A stretch of DNA of 63,857 nt, counting the filler, from Atractiella rhizophila (Eukaryota): the NCBI GenBank assembly GCA_021432655.1. It is 6 parts of 6 records of this genome, joined end to end, with 100 filler letters (N's around TTAATTAATTAA, not from the genome) between each part and the next. Parts side by side here need not be neighbours in the genome. Positions count along the whole stretch, not along the records: positions 1 to 23,265 come from MU271571.1; 5 more parts are not named here. One strand, given 5' to 3'. The notes beneath the pieces are model-generated. The model saw nothing but the letters and a program-made list of their open reading frames with translations, did no database searches and was not told where the DNA came from. A program made the translations under genes and the position numbers. Position 1 is the first letter of the stretch, and every line of letters starts with the position of its first letter. Positions 1 to 11,243 of this stretch are shown here, in pieces.

Positions 1-1022
1 TGGCACTCATTAGCTCGATTTCCAATTCTCTGCCAATGCCGAAAAGGATAAATATTGGGCTGAGATTGAGGCCAGGGAGGAGGCTGAGAAAGGTCAGTTT
101 CCTTTTCCACAAGCACTAACATGCTGACTCGCGGACCCAGGGCCGCCAAATCTTCTCACAAAGATCTGGAGAACGCTTGCTTGAAGCTGTGGGAGATGTT
201 GCCCTTTGTCATGGATGTCTAGTCTGTGTTTGGGACCTGAATGTACGCTGCCTATGATTAAGTTAATGAATGTCCTGTTTACATGGCCGTTCCGGATTGA
301 AATCACCTTTTGCTGGGGGTCTACAGGCTACAATCCTCCTGGTTTTATTTTATCTGGCCGTAGGTCGGAACCGGAGAAAGTAGATGTAAGTTTGGGTCAC
401 TTTGAGGTCAACGCTGTCGACCAATCGTTTTACGTTATTTCGACGCGCCGTCGTTCAGGAACTCAACTCACGAGTAGATAACAGATTTCCTTACAAAGAA
501 AATGAGCAAGTATGCACTCCTCTCTGTGTAGTCTCGGTCGCACTCCCAGTCGGACGTCCTAGGACAACTTGTCTGGAATGCCCGACTCGACTATATAATT
601 ACTATAGCATAACATCACTTTTAGGCTCAGCTTGTGCACCCATGGAAGGCCTGTTCGTTCAGCGCGGCATATTCTTTCGCAGCACGATAGCCTGGCCGTC
701 ATACGCTATCTATCCGGGACATTCATAAGGATTAGATGCGGTATATAGCCCGACGCAAATCACCTACAGCCTTTCCTGCTCCCTGCTTCAAAATTGAAGA
801 TTTGAAGTAAACATCCATCACTGTTAGGCAGGATGAGGTTGGCTTGGAGCGCATCCCTTTTGTTGCTGGGTCAGAGTGCAGCTTTATCCAAAGATGGTGC
901 GACGTCCTTTTCCTATCTTCCTTCCTCAATCGAAGCTGACTAGGAACTTCTCAATTAATGCGGTAAAAGACATCCTCAGTGTTTTTTCATCAAATGCTGA
1001 AGTCGACCTCGTTGGAGTCGAA
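1..1022 (+). repeat. Indel-rich near-duplicate of 4361-5426 (probable redundant low-accuracy read/consensus)
   Basis: Both copies start TGGCACTCATTAGCTCGATTTCC and end GTTGGAGTCGAA. The ends are near-identical, but the middle (~300-800) has many small indels. Confidence 0.95.
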
Positions 1023-1047
1023 NNNNNNNNNNNNNNNNNNNNNNNNN
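1023..1047. other. 25-N assembly gap
   Basis: Exactly 25 Ns, unlike the 100-nt linker gaps elsewhere in the window. Confidence 0.95.
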
Positions 1048-4000
1048 CGAGAGTCATTGACTTACTCCTTCTAGTGTTTTGGCATGGAGCCTTTCTAGCT
1101 GCTGGAAACAGAACATCATTTCGAATATTGGTCACATCTTTTACCCGTACTAATGATGCAAGGTAGCAATCCTAACTCTTACTCTTTACTAGTTCTGAAT
1201 GGTTAAGGGTTTATCCACCACTACTTTCAAAACACTAACTTTCCGTACTTCCACAGTTTAGGAGCTCATTACTCCTCCTCCTCCTATTTCTTATTCCTCT
1301 ACATTCTTGGTCAGTGCGGATTACCTCGGAACATTCCGTTCCTTAACGCTAGCTACGGAACGTTAAATGTCGATTGTCACCCCGCAAAGCTAAATCATCG
1401 CCAAGAGAGAACATGACTGCGTCTGAATGCGAAAATGCTTAGCTTCTACGTACTTTGACTAACGTCGGGTGTAGTTGGGAGGCTTGCTTCATTGGTAACT
1501 TCTCTTCATCGGCTTCTGGACTCAACGTATACATTCAGTTCTTATTTTATCACTCTTGACTTATTTATGGAGCGAAGGTAAGCAGCTCTGCAACTCTATC
1601 CGCTCTCGTGTCTTGTTCGACCGTCGTTGCTGCCTTCGTTCACCGTGTGGAGAGAATAGCCAGAACCTCTTCTTAGATCCTCGGAACGGCAGGTGCGAGT
1701 CTCTCATCTCCCAAGCCCAGCGTTATATATCTAGACTTAACCGGCGTCTTTCGCACGTCTAGTGACGTTTTTGGCACTCATATACTCGTTCTCATTACCT
1801 CCCGGTATGAGTCTTGTTGCAACTACTTCACGCTCTGGCTAGCTTCTGGCTGTTCACACTTGCGCTGTCACTTTCCTCTGCGACGTCGAGGCCATCTAAC
1901 GAATCAACGCGGCTACTCGATCCATTCTGACGGTAGTCAGAGTTTTATAGTTCGCTGTGACCATTAATGAGTGGAGTCATCTCAATATTCCCTGTTCGTA
2001 AGGCTACTCGTTCGACGGCGGACGTGAATCAAATCGTAACGGCAGCGTGTACTTTCTCACTTTAAGCGAACGGTTACATCTTATAGTGTTATGCGGTCTT
2101 TCAGGAGAACTACCGTCTGCTGTACCAGAAAGCTCCTAAAGCCGAGAGGGGTTATGTTTGTGGGTCGTCAAGTCTAGGTTACATCCGCTTTTCCCGTCAG
2201 CTTTTACTTGAGGTCTTAGGGTCCTTTGCTGGCTCCCGAGGTCCAACGGATCTTTCGATAAGTCGTGAGTACGGGGTTCTTTATTTACTCAGAATGAATA
2301 TTAACACCTTACCCCGTGGGAGCTAAACGACAAGTCCTCAAGAGTTGAGTCTTAGGGAACCTTTTAGTTTTGTTGACGAATGGGTCAAAGATTTAGGTTC
2401 CGCCAGTACTACCCCCAAAGGAGGGTTTAGTTGCTGTTACCGACAATATTCTTACTGCTGTTACGGTTGTTGAAAACTTTCGCTCTTGGTCTTAAGCTCT
2501 TAAGGCTTCATAAACTGAGGGGTTTCTAACTACTCGTGCTACTACTGCTACTTCTACCTCTAGGTTCGCCGTTGCCCTTGTCGTAGGCAGGTGGTAGACT
2601 GCTGGTCCCTCCGTCGACATTCCAACAACCCGCACTGCTATTCCATAAACTAATCCATCAAGGTGACTTACTGGCTAATCTTACGTTGTCAAATGTTTAT
2701 GCTACGCGTGGGGTTCACGTTTTCTTTTCCGACCTAGATGGTTCGCGTATCGCATTGGCCACTTCGACAGCAAAGGGACAGTCATGGCCGTATTACACGT
2801 TGTTGCCTACGCATGGGTAGAACCTGCCCTTATCGTGTTGTTTAAAGACGGTTTGAGCTGTCTTGACTCTTCGTCTGCGGAGGGTAGGTTTGTATGCTCT
2901 ACTTTTGCCTCCGTCCTGGCCGTGCGCTGACAGTTCGAGGAAATCCGACATACTAAAGCTCCATACTAGCCATGTATGCTATCGAGGAGGTCAAGGACTC
3001 CATGTCGCAGTCAAGCTCAAATGGCCCTCCGACACCCCCTTCTCACGTATGGCTACTCGTCTGGTCATGGCTAACGGGGTGGATCGCGTTAGTAGACATT
3101 TTACCAGTCGTGAGCGGGGTGGTTAGAGGTACAACTTCATGGACCTAGACGGAACGGCAGTCCCGTGCTACCGACGTTGCTTGTCAGTCGCGGTGATTAT
3201 GAACTGGTTCCACGCTGAATGTCGACTACTGGGAGACCGCGAAGTCTGTGGACATAGTGGACTCGGAAACGTAGCATCAGCATTCTGAGGAGTAGGAAGA
3301 AAAGTAGTTGTATCCTCAGGGATAACCCACTTGAAAAGGGTCGAAGCTACACGCTGTAGGAAATTCGAAATTCAACGAGTGTCTGTGTTGTGATCGCGCT
3401 TCCGTTTTTCCTCTTCCCTCCTTCTGTCGTCGAGTTCGCTCCTGTTCCGAAAACTTCCGACCAAGTCATAGCCTTGCGGTTCGAAACCTCCGTACGCTGA
3501 ACTACGTTTCAAGAAAGCTAGGACAAGTTAGAAAATAGTGGAACGCCACGCGCTATAGGCTCGATCGACCGCACTACCCGCCTTGGCGTCGTGACTGACT
3601 ATTCAACGGTATTGAAGGTCAGCTCGTGCTCTCCCTTGTCAGCCCTTGTGACCGTCTCTACAGTAGGTGTTGTTCGTCGTCCTTTCTACGTATTCTGCCT
3701 CCATCTTCCACGGTTTTGTCCACGTGTACAGACCACCTTGAACTGATACTTCTATAAGTCGCTGCGATTTAAACCAGAGGCTGCCGGTTCTCCTACCCCA
3801 TTTGCCATTCGGAAGAAGGTGGAACCATACTGCTCTACCGTAAGCGTTCACCTTCACCTGTTGTGTTGTAGCACTTTTGGTGACTCACTCATTCATTATC
3901 GTCTTGTACTTACTCGGACACACCAGGTATCTCCATATCTTCACTGTAATCCAAAGGCGTCCACAGGGAGCCTTTCACATCGAATGACTAGGGAAGCCCG

Positions 4001-4360
4001 TACCTTCTGCTATGAAAGGCGTTCTATTAGTCAGTTATGGAAGGGCGACAACTGCCATCCGTCATGAGTGTGAGGTCCATGTGGATGTTGAAGTTTGGGG
4101 TAGTAGGAACGGTAGAACCGTTTCGGAAGCGAAAGCTAAACTACGACTTTTCCTATCCAACCTTTCAAGCGAGGGAGAGCTACGTGGAAACGAAAACTGT
4201 TCACACTTCCGTCGCGGCTACGGTAGTTCGCCCTACACCACGTCGGGAACTACGCAACCCTCCAGTTGGTACACTGATGCTTTTCATCCTTTGAGCGCTA
4301 TCGGGAGCTGATCCTACATGCTTCCTAGCTCACTACGAACTTCTCGTTCTCTAAGACGGC
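1048..4360. other. Mirror-image segment (reversed, not complemented)
   Basis: No plausible protein in any of the six normal frames. Reading the + strand backwards without complementing gives clean exons and GT...AG introns. Confidence 0.95.
1087..3358. CDS. DIP5: Fungal amino acid permease (APC/YAT family, DIP5-like), exons 1-15, readable only in mirror orientation from 3358 down to 1087
   Basis: Backward reading: ATG at 3358, MSHIEAGKSSPNRD...HRALTARQIQ|MIALGGAIGTGLLIGTGGAISRAGP...VDPAFSFALG|WNYLIKYLIVTPNNL...GVKYFGILEFWFS...DLGGNPHHDRLGFRNW...GESRNPRKT...ASPFTVA...AANSDLYIATRTLY...LPYKAP...KTKVVDLSE|. The family is clear from the motifs; the DIP5 subfamily call is by motif resemblance. Confidence 0.9.
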
Positions 4361-4373
4361 TGGCACTCATTAG

Positions 4374-4544
4374 CTCGATTTCCAATTCTCTGCCAATGCC
4401 GAAAAGGATAAATATTGGGCTGAGATTGAGGCCAGGGAGGAGGCTGAGAAAGGTCGGTTTCCTTCTCCTCATGCACTAACATGCTGACCCTCGGACCCAG
4501 GGCCACCAAATCTTCTCACGAAGATCTGGAGAACCCTTGCTTGA
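4374..4544 (+). CDS. Last two exons (4374-4452, 4501-4544) of the DIP5-like permease, in normal orientation
   Basis: TAG acceptor at 4371-4373, then LDFQFSANAEKDKYWAEIEAREEAEK|GPPNLLTKIWRTLA*, a typical permease C-terminus. It is in phase with the mirror exon ending KVVDLSE. Confidence 0.85.
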
Positions 4545-5230
4545 GGCTGTAGGAGATGTTGCCCTTTGTCATGGATGTCTAGTCTGTGTTTAGGACCTGA
4601 ATGTACGCCGCCTATGGTTAAGTTAATGAATATCCTGTTTACATGGCCGTTCCGCATTGAAGTCACCTTTTGCTGGGGGTCTACACTCAGGCTACCATCG
4701 TCCTGGTTTATGTCTTCTCTGACGTAGCTCATCACTGGGCTGTTGGTCGGAACCGGAGAAGCGAAGCACTGTAAGTTTGAGGATTTTGGACTCAGGCACA
4801 AGTTCGACGCTGTCGACCAATACGTTACTTCTACTCTGAGAAGGACGCCATCGTACAGGAACTCATGATGAGTAGGATAACAGATTCCTTACAGACGAAA
4901 GTGCAAGGATGCACTCCTCACTGTCGTCTCGGTCACACTCTCAGTCGGACTTCCACTAGGACAAGTTCTCTGGAATGCCCGACTCGACTATAATAATTAC
5001 CATAGCATAACATCACTTTAGGCTTAGCTTGTGCACTCATGGAAGGCCTGTTCGTTCAGCGCGGCATATTCTTTCGCAGCACGATAGCCTGGCCGTCATA
5101 CGCTGTCTATCCGGGACATTCATGAGGATTAGTCGCGGTATATAGCCTAGCCCGACACAAATCAATCACCAGTCTTTCCTGCTCCCTACTTCAAGATTGA
5201 AGACTTGAATTAAACATCCATCACTTTTAG

Positions 5231-6683
5231 GAAGGATGAGGTTGGCTTGGAGCGCATCCCTGTTGTTGCTGGGTCAGAGTGCAGCTTTATCCAAAGATGG
5301 TGCGACGCCCTTTTCCTATCTTCCTTCCTCAAATCGAAGCTGACTAGGAACTTCTCAACTAATGCGGTAAAAGACATCCTCAGTGTTTTTTCATCAAATG
5401 CTGAAGTCGACCTCGTTGGAGTCGAAGCAAAAATACACGAATTCGTTGGCTACACACTCGTCGTCGTCGCGAACGACAGTCATGCTTTGGTGTCTCTCAC
5501 TCCTTCAGATTATTTACCACTAGAGGCGGTGAGCACTCAATGTTGGGTTCTCCAATGCATTGTGGCTGAACGAGAATCATTAGGTCGGCTACCTCGTTTT
5601 CGGCTCTGGTACCTCTATCGCAGATGGAGAGCTCGTTGCTGCCTCGCCTTCCTCAGGAACCTCGTCCTTTTGGGATATATCTTCAGTGCGATTGGACGCT
5701 TCGAGCTCGACCCTACAAGCACTAACATCACATTCGCTTACACCACTTCCCTCTCTCTCCACCGAGACCACAGCGACCTTTCTCCGTCCCCTTAGTCCTC
5801 TCTCTTCGTCTACTTCCCTTTCAGACTCCCTCTCACTCTCCCATGAGCAATCTATCTTTTGGGCCGTTTCTTTGACTCCTCTTCCACTCATCGTCACCTC
5901 GGCTTTCTACTCCGGGACTTTTAAGCTTGACCTCTCGACGCCATATACCCAGGAGAAGCGGGTAGGTATAAATGTTGGATGGAACCGGCTGAATCGTTTT
6001 ATCGCTGTACACGCCACTCTCATGGCTTCAGCCTTCCTCATTATCTCCCCTCTCGCAATCTTCATAGCTCGATACCGCCGATCCCGTACATCCTGGTTCC
6101 CGACTCACGCAACCATCCAAATTATCACTCTCACTTTCGTAATAACAGCATTCACCGTCATTCGGGTTGGCGCAGGAAGCAAGCATCTATGGTATGGACC
6201 ACACGAGGTTCGTCTCTCCACAAATGGATTTTGAACCTGAATGCTCACCATGTGGCTCAGCGATTGGGGCTCTTCCTCTTCTCACTGGTTCTCCTCCAAG
6301 CAATCCTAGGTTCCATTTCATACAGATTTCTCTCACCCAACACCCGACGGGTCTTCATCCCCAATTGGGTCCATCTCCTTCTGGGCATTACCATCCAAGT
6401 TCTTGCTACCGCTCAAATTCCGCTAGGTTTCAAGCAATGGGAGGACCTGGGTTTGGACGGGAAGCATGTTCCAGTGGCTGTCAAAGTTGTGGTTGGATTG
6501 GTTGTGGCTGGAGAATGGATTGCCTATGCCGTTGGTGTTGTGTGGTGGGATTGGAAGAGCTTCATTGGCTGGCCAAAGAGGGATAGCGCGCTTTTTGAGA
6601 TGCACCAAGCAGAAGGGTACACTACTTATGAGGAGGTAAAGAATCAGAGGAATCCAGCAGCGGAGCAGAAGGGTACGAGCTGA
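5231..6683 (+). CDS. DOMON/CBD9-like plus cytochrome b561-like membrane protein (multi-exon, 5' end uncertain)
   Basis: DOMON-like VGYLVFGSGTSIADGELV...SIFWAVS, followed by TM helices carrying His residues (AVHATLM, WFPTHATIQ, GPHE|RLGL, NWVHLLLG). Confidence 0.7.
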
Positions 6684-7252
6684 CAACCCAACGAAGTATT
6701 GTTCAACCCCCAATTCGCTTTTCATGTTAATTGCGTCAGTCATCCTACGTCTACAACTTTGATCACCTTGCATTTTCACCCTGTTTATTCTTACTATCAT
6801 CGTTCTTTGCCCAGTTTGCTGGCTGTGGAACTGGTCCCGTTCGGGGCACAATGAATGGAACTGTGTATCCTTCATATGGAACTATTTTGTGCGCACTAAT
6901 GATATATATGCGGAGGATTTGTAAACGTTGCCGGAGGACAATCATATTGAAGAGAGAGTAATCAAAAAGTAGAAACAACAGAAAGGAAAGAGCACTTTGT
7001 CACACCAGTATCCTTCCAGCCTGCTATTTGTTGCCTGCAAAGTGCTCGATAGAGAACAATCGTGACTGATCGCCTTCTCAAAGTCACTTATAAGGGACAA
7101 GGAAGAGAGTTGATATCAAGTGGGATCAGCTGAAGCGAACTGTGTGTTCTCTTGTCCGTCCAGCGCTGAAACATGGGAGTGGAGCCTGGTAATTCTGGTC
7201 AGATGCTTCGAGTTGATGAAAGAGCCTTGAAAGCCGACGTCGTACACAGAAA

Positions 7253-8124
7253 TCATTGAAAATGGGCATAGTGCCCAGGAACCTTCATTCTACACTTTTC
7301 GCAATCGACTCTGAATCCCATTGTCATAAGTGGCCTCTTCTTCTTCGTGTTTGTGCCAATGACGCCACCAGTTGCAGGGTGGGTTGGGTCTGAAACCTCG
7401 CTAAGATGTCCTTGCTGCGCTTGTTGAAGGTGCAGACGGTTAAGTTGGGAGGTGGGTACTCCAGACTGCGTGGAAGAAAACGAATCTGTGCTCTCTTGTC
7501 GATGGTGGAGTTGGAGCAGATGTGGGAATGGAGATGGAAGCAGAGGTATATCGGGATCCCTTTTTGGGGAGGTAGAGGGAGATACCTACAAGCACATGTT
7601 TATTGTTAGATCCTAGCCATAACAAGATGCACCAAAGAAGGCTTACTTCCATGTTCACGTCTTCGTCTTTCAACGAAGGCGGACCAGGTATTACTGTCGA
7701 AGCACTAGCCTGAGGGGACATAGTAGACATGTTCCAGTCCCCTTCCTCCATGCCTTCTTGCCGCAGCTGCTCCGGTTGAAACTGAAAGAGTGCTGGAGGT
7801 TCATCCGCGAATTCAGGTTCTGCATCCGATTCAAAAGGTGTATTGTCATACGAAGAGCTCGAACCTTTATGGAGTGAGGTTGAAGACCACTGTGGGGATT
7901 GGGGAAGCGCACCTCCTGAAGAACAGGGGTAGCGGGAGGTTATCATCGGGCTGCCAGTGAAGAGCTGGCTGCTGTGTGCTTTGGGAGAGGCGTCAGGTGG
8001 TCCCTGGAATGGTCTTTTCTAGAGTCAAACGGACGCGTGAAGTTCTGAAGGTCACAAAGGAATGAAGAAGTACCATAAACCTGTCAGTGTCGTCATCATC
8101 GTGGTCGCGTCCCCTTTTGCTCAT
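7253..8124 (-). CDS. Fungal hypothetical protein with C-terminal CxxC...HxxH motif
   Basis: MSKRGRDHDDDD start, Ser/Pro/acidic middle, and C-terminus MGFRVDCEKCRMKVPGHYAHFQ*. Intron signals are present. Confidence 0.6.
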
Positions 8125-8974
8125 ATTTTGACCAAGCGGCACTGGAGTGTGATCGTCTCGTGGTGGAACAAGTTGAACAAGGACAGTGTAGGATGAGTCA
8201 AACTTCGTCCTGACATGAACCAGGAACATCACGATAATCCTCACGGGTCGCACCATTGAAAGGATTGGTGCATCAGCATTGGTATTGCCATGATTATCAG
8301 TTTCAACGCTTATGATACGAGGCCAGCCATTAATTGCATAATCATTACCCACGTGGAATCCTTCGAGTTCATCCAGTTTCAATGTGCTTTGTGCCCACTA
8401 TAACTCCTGATAACACTCTAGGCCTTCATAGACATGGTCGACGTCTGAATTGCGAAGTCGATGAGAAATGGTTTGCCACCAGGGTCAAACACCAAGTTTC
8501 GCTCAGAAGTCGCTGTGCAACGAGTTGTGAATGTGCTTGACAATATCATATATATTGCCTGTCCAAGCAACCAGATTGAGATTGATAAAGGATGGCTCAA
8601 GAAAGAAAGAAAGCACCTACCTGAGACCATAGTCGCTCAATCTGTTCATCACCTGCCATGTTCTGGCCCTCGATCTGCTGAAATACCAGCAGCCCATTGA
8701 CATTTTTCACTCCTTCAAAAGCCCCAAAAACCACGGGGAGGAAATCTGTCGTAAACAGACATAACATGGATTTGGGTGACGAAACAGAAAGACGAACGCC
8801 AAAAGTTTCGATAAATTGCGACCCAGATTGCGACCTCCATCCACAGTTCCTGAACTTCAGTCACATGACTCAATCCCGATAATACAACTCCTAACACCAG
8901 AAGTCAAAGAGCGGCCTCCATCGACGTCTAAGCCACCGAACAAATAACAAAGAAATCATAACTATCGTGTAATC

Positions 8975-10774
8975 ATGGAAGTCGAAGAATTTTATGAACT
9001 TCCCATTTCCTGGAAAGGCACCAAGGTTCCTAGTTTCTTCCCCCTTGATGATCACACGTCGAACAATCTAACATCCATCCCGGCCCGTTTTATATAGTTC
9101 ACCGCTTCTGTGTGCTCGACGGATACAGTGGGAGATCTAAAGGCCATCATATTCTCCCTGACGAACGTATGTACTCTGGTACCTAAAGAAGGCAACTTAC
9201 GCGGTGGGCTAAGGTCCCAATCGAGCGTCAAAAGATTCTAGGTCTCGTACGTTTCTCCTACTGGAAACCATCCTTTTGAAGAAGACGTACCAGGTGAAAG
9301 GTGCTCTACCTTCAGACGAAGTCGCGCTTTCTTCCTCACTAGAAGCGTTCCGCAACTCTTCGAAGACTCTCACTCTCATCGGTACACCAGAAGGGCAAGA
9401 ACTCCGAAAGATTCAAGACGAAGCACCTGACGTATGTCTACATTCCAGCCTTTTCCCCAAGATGTGAAATTAATTGTGGTGGCAGGTCTCAAATGATCTC
9501 GATGTCGATTACAAAGGTCCGGATGGGAATCTAACTACGAGGACAGTGGAACAAAACGAGAGAAGGAATAAGAGAAAATTACACGAGGCGGTGGAGAAGC
9601 TGAGTATCAACATCATGGTCCTACCCACATCCATGAGGAGTAAGATTACTCACAACCCTTACAGGCAGAACCGAGACCTGGCAAGAAATTGCTGGTGTTG
9701 GACCTCGATTACACGATCATGGATGTGAAAGTACGTTCAGCTTCCTGCTCTGCAGGTGTTGGCTGATGAAAAGACAGATGTGGAATGACCCATCGGCCGT
9801 CGCCTTGGGTATGCATTCTTCTTCTCCCAAGTTGCTGACGACGCAGGTCAGCTATAATTCATTGATATTCATTCTAGATTTCGCAAGGCCATACTTGAAA
9901 GAGTTCCTTGAATATGTGTATCCTTACTACGGTCTGCCTTCCTCTCTTTTACTGTATAATGATTCATTAGTTTCAAGAATAGACATCGTCATTTGGAGTC
10001 AAACTTCTTGGCGGTATCTGGAAGGTAAACTGGTGGAGCTAGGAATGATTGGAGGCGGCGAGATGAAGTGCCATATTTGCTTTGGTCCGTTCTTCTCCCT
10101 CACACGCGCCGATTGATGACACTGAAAGCAGTGCTCGATCGGACTGTTCGCTCGTTTGATACTGGCCCATAGCTTATACTGATTTCCAGAGAACAGCCGA
10201 TGTTTTCTGTGTATTCGACGCGTCACAACAAGCCTTTCAAGCACGAGGTGAAAGCTTTAGACATCATTTGGAAGAAGTTTCCCGAACAGTTCGCCTCCTC
10301 TCCCCTCACCATTCCGGTCACAGTATGTTGACGCGTCGTCTAAGCTTCTCCCCTGATCGGACGATACATGTTGATGATCTCGGTTCGTAATTTCCCCCTA
10401 CTGATGCTGTATTGGTCCACAAAGCTCACACGCGTGGAGCAGGTCGTAATTTTGGTACATATTTTTTCTTGCCTCCACCGTGAAAACATTGCCTGACTTT
10501 CGCTCGGAAGCAATGAACCCAAAACAAGGCCTGAAAATATCTGCTTTCAAGAATGCGAGGCAGAATGTGGACGATCGAGAGCTGCTCTACCTCGCCAAGT
10601 TCGTCATTCTCCTGGTTTAACCGTGAACTGTTGGATAGATTGGTTGTCGAACATAGGTACCTGCTACTCATTTCTGGGAACGAGTCATTCAATGGCCTTG
10701 ATCATAATTTATGGAGGGTGCAGCAAGGTGCGCCTTTATTCCTTGAAGCAATTGTGTACTCATTTGTTTTTTGA
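8975..10774 (+). CDS. UBLCP1: Ubiquitin-like domain-containing CTD phosphatase (HAD/NIF family); 3' end approximate
   Basis: N-terminal UBL (ISWKGTK...TVGDLKAIIFSLTN|VPIERQKILGL), then PRPGKKLLVLDLDYT, ARPYLKEFL, IVIWSQTSWRYLEGKLVELG and HEVKALDIIW. Many small exons. Confidence 0.85.
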
Positions 10775-11243
10775 AAGGTATGCTACCCGAAGGGATCGAA
10801 GATCCAGTTCTGAAGCATGCTCGCTAAATTTTTTTCCAATATTCTAGTTCAATTTCTCTGAGTTGGCGCAAGATCGTAAGTAAACAATAGTGCACTAAAC
10901 AAATCCATTCCACAACGCACCGACCAGATTCTATACGTATTTGTTACATAGATTTCTTGTTAGATATCAGTTAGCAAGTTTGCATTCAATCCATCCATCC
11001 ATGCGATCACATTCCTTTCCTGTCCCTTTTCCGTTTTGAAACCAAACCGACAACAAGCAACGCAAACTCAGAGCTAACGCAACAGAAGGAATAAACAGAA
11101 GCATGACCTCAGGAAACCACACATGTACGGGGATAAATCTCGCACAAACCGGTTGAAGCAAGAATTTGAAAGATAAGAAAGCGTGATGATCGTTAAGGTC
11201 GTTCCATTCCGCACGGCTAGGGGACTTCGTCTCATCGACTCGT

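Noticed and set aside
2461..2860. Complement-only reading gave an acidic stretch (DEHDDDDEDGDPSGNG) suggesting a transposase
   Set aside because: It hits stops quickly and is simply the antisense of a permease TM helix in the mirror block.
1556..4311. Six-frame ORFs listed inside 1048-4360
   Set aside because: Chance ORFs. The real coding information is in the reversed, non-complemented reading.
1..5426. Direct repeats 1-1022 and 4361-5426 as LTRs of a retroelement
   Set aside because: The repeat contains permease terminal exons and the start of the next gene. There is no gag/pol between the copies, and the indel pattern looks like read error.
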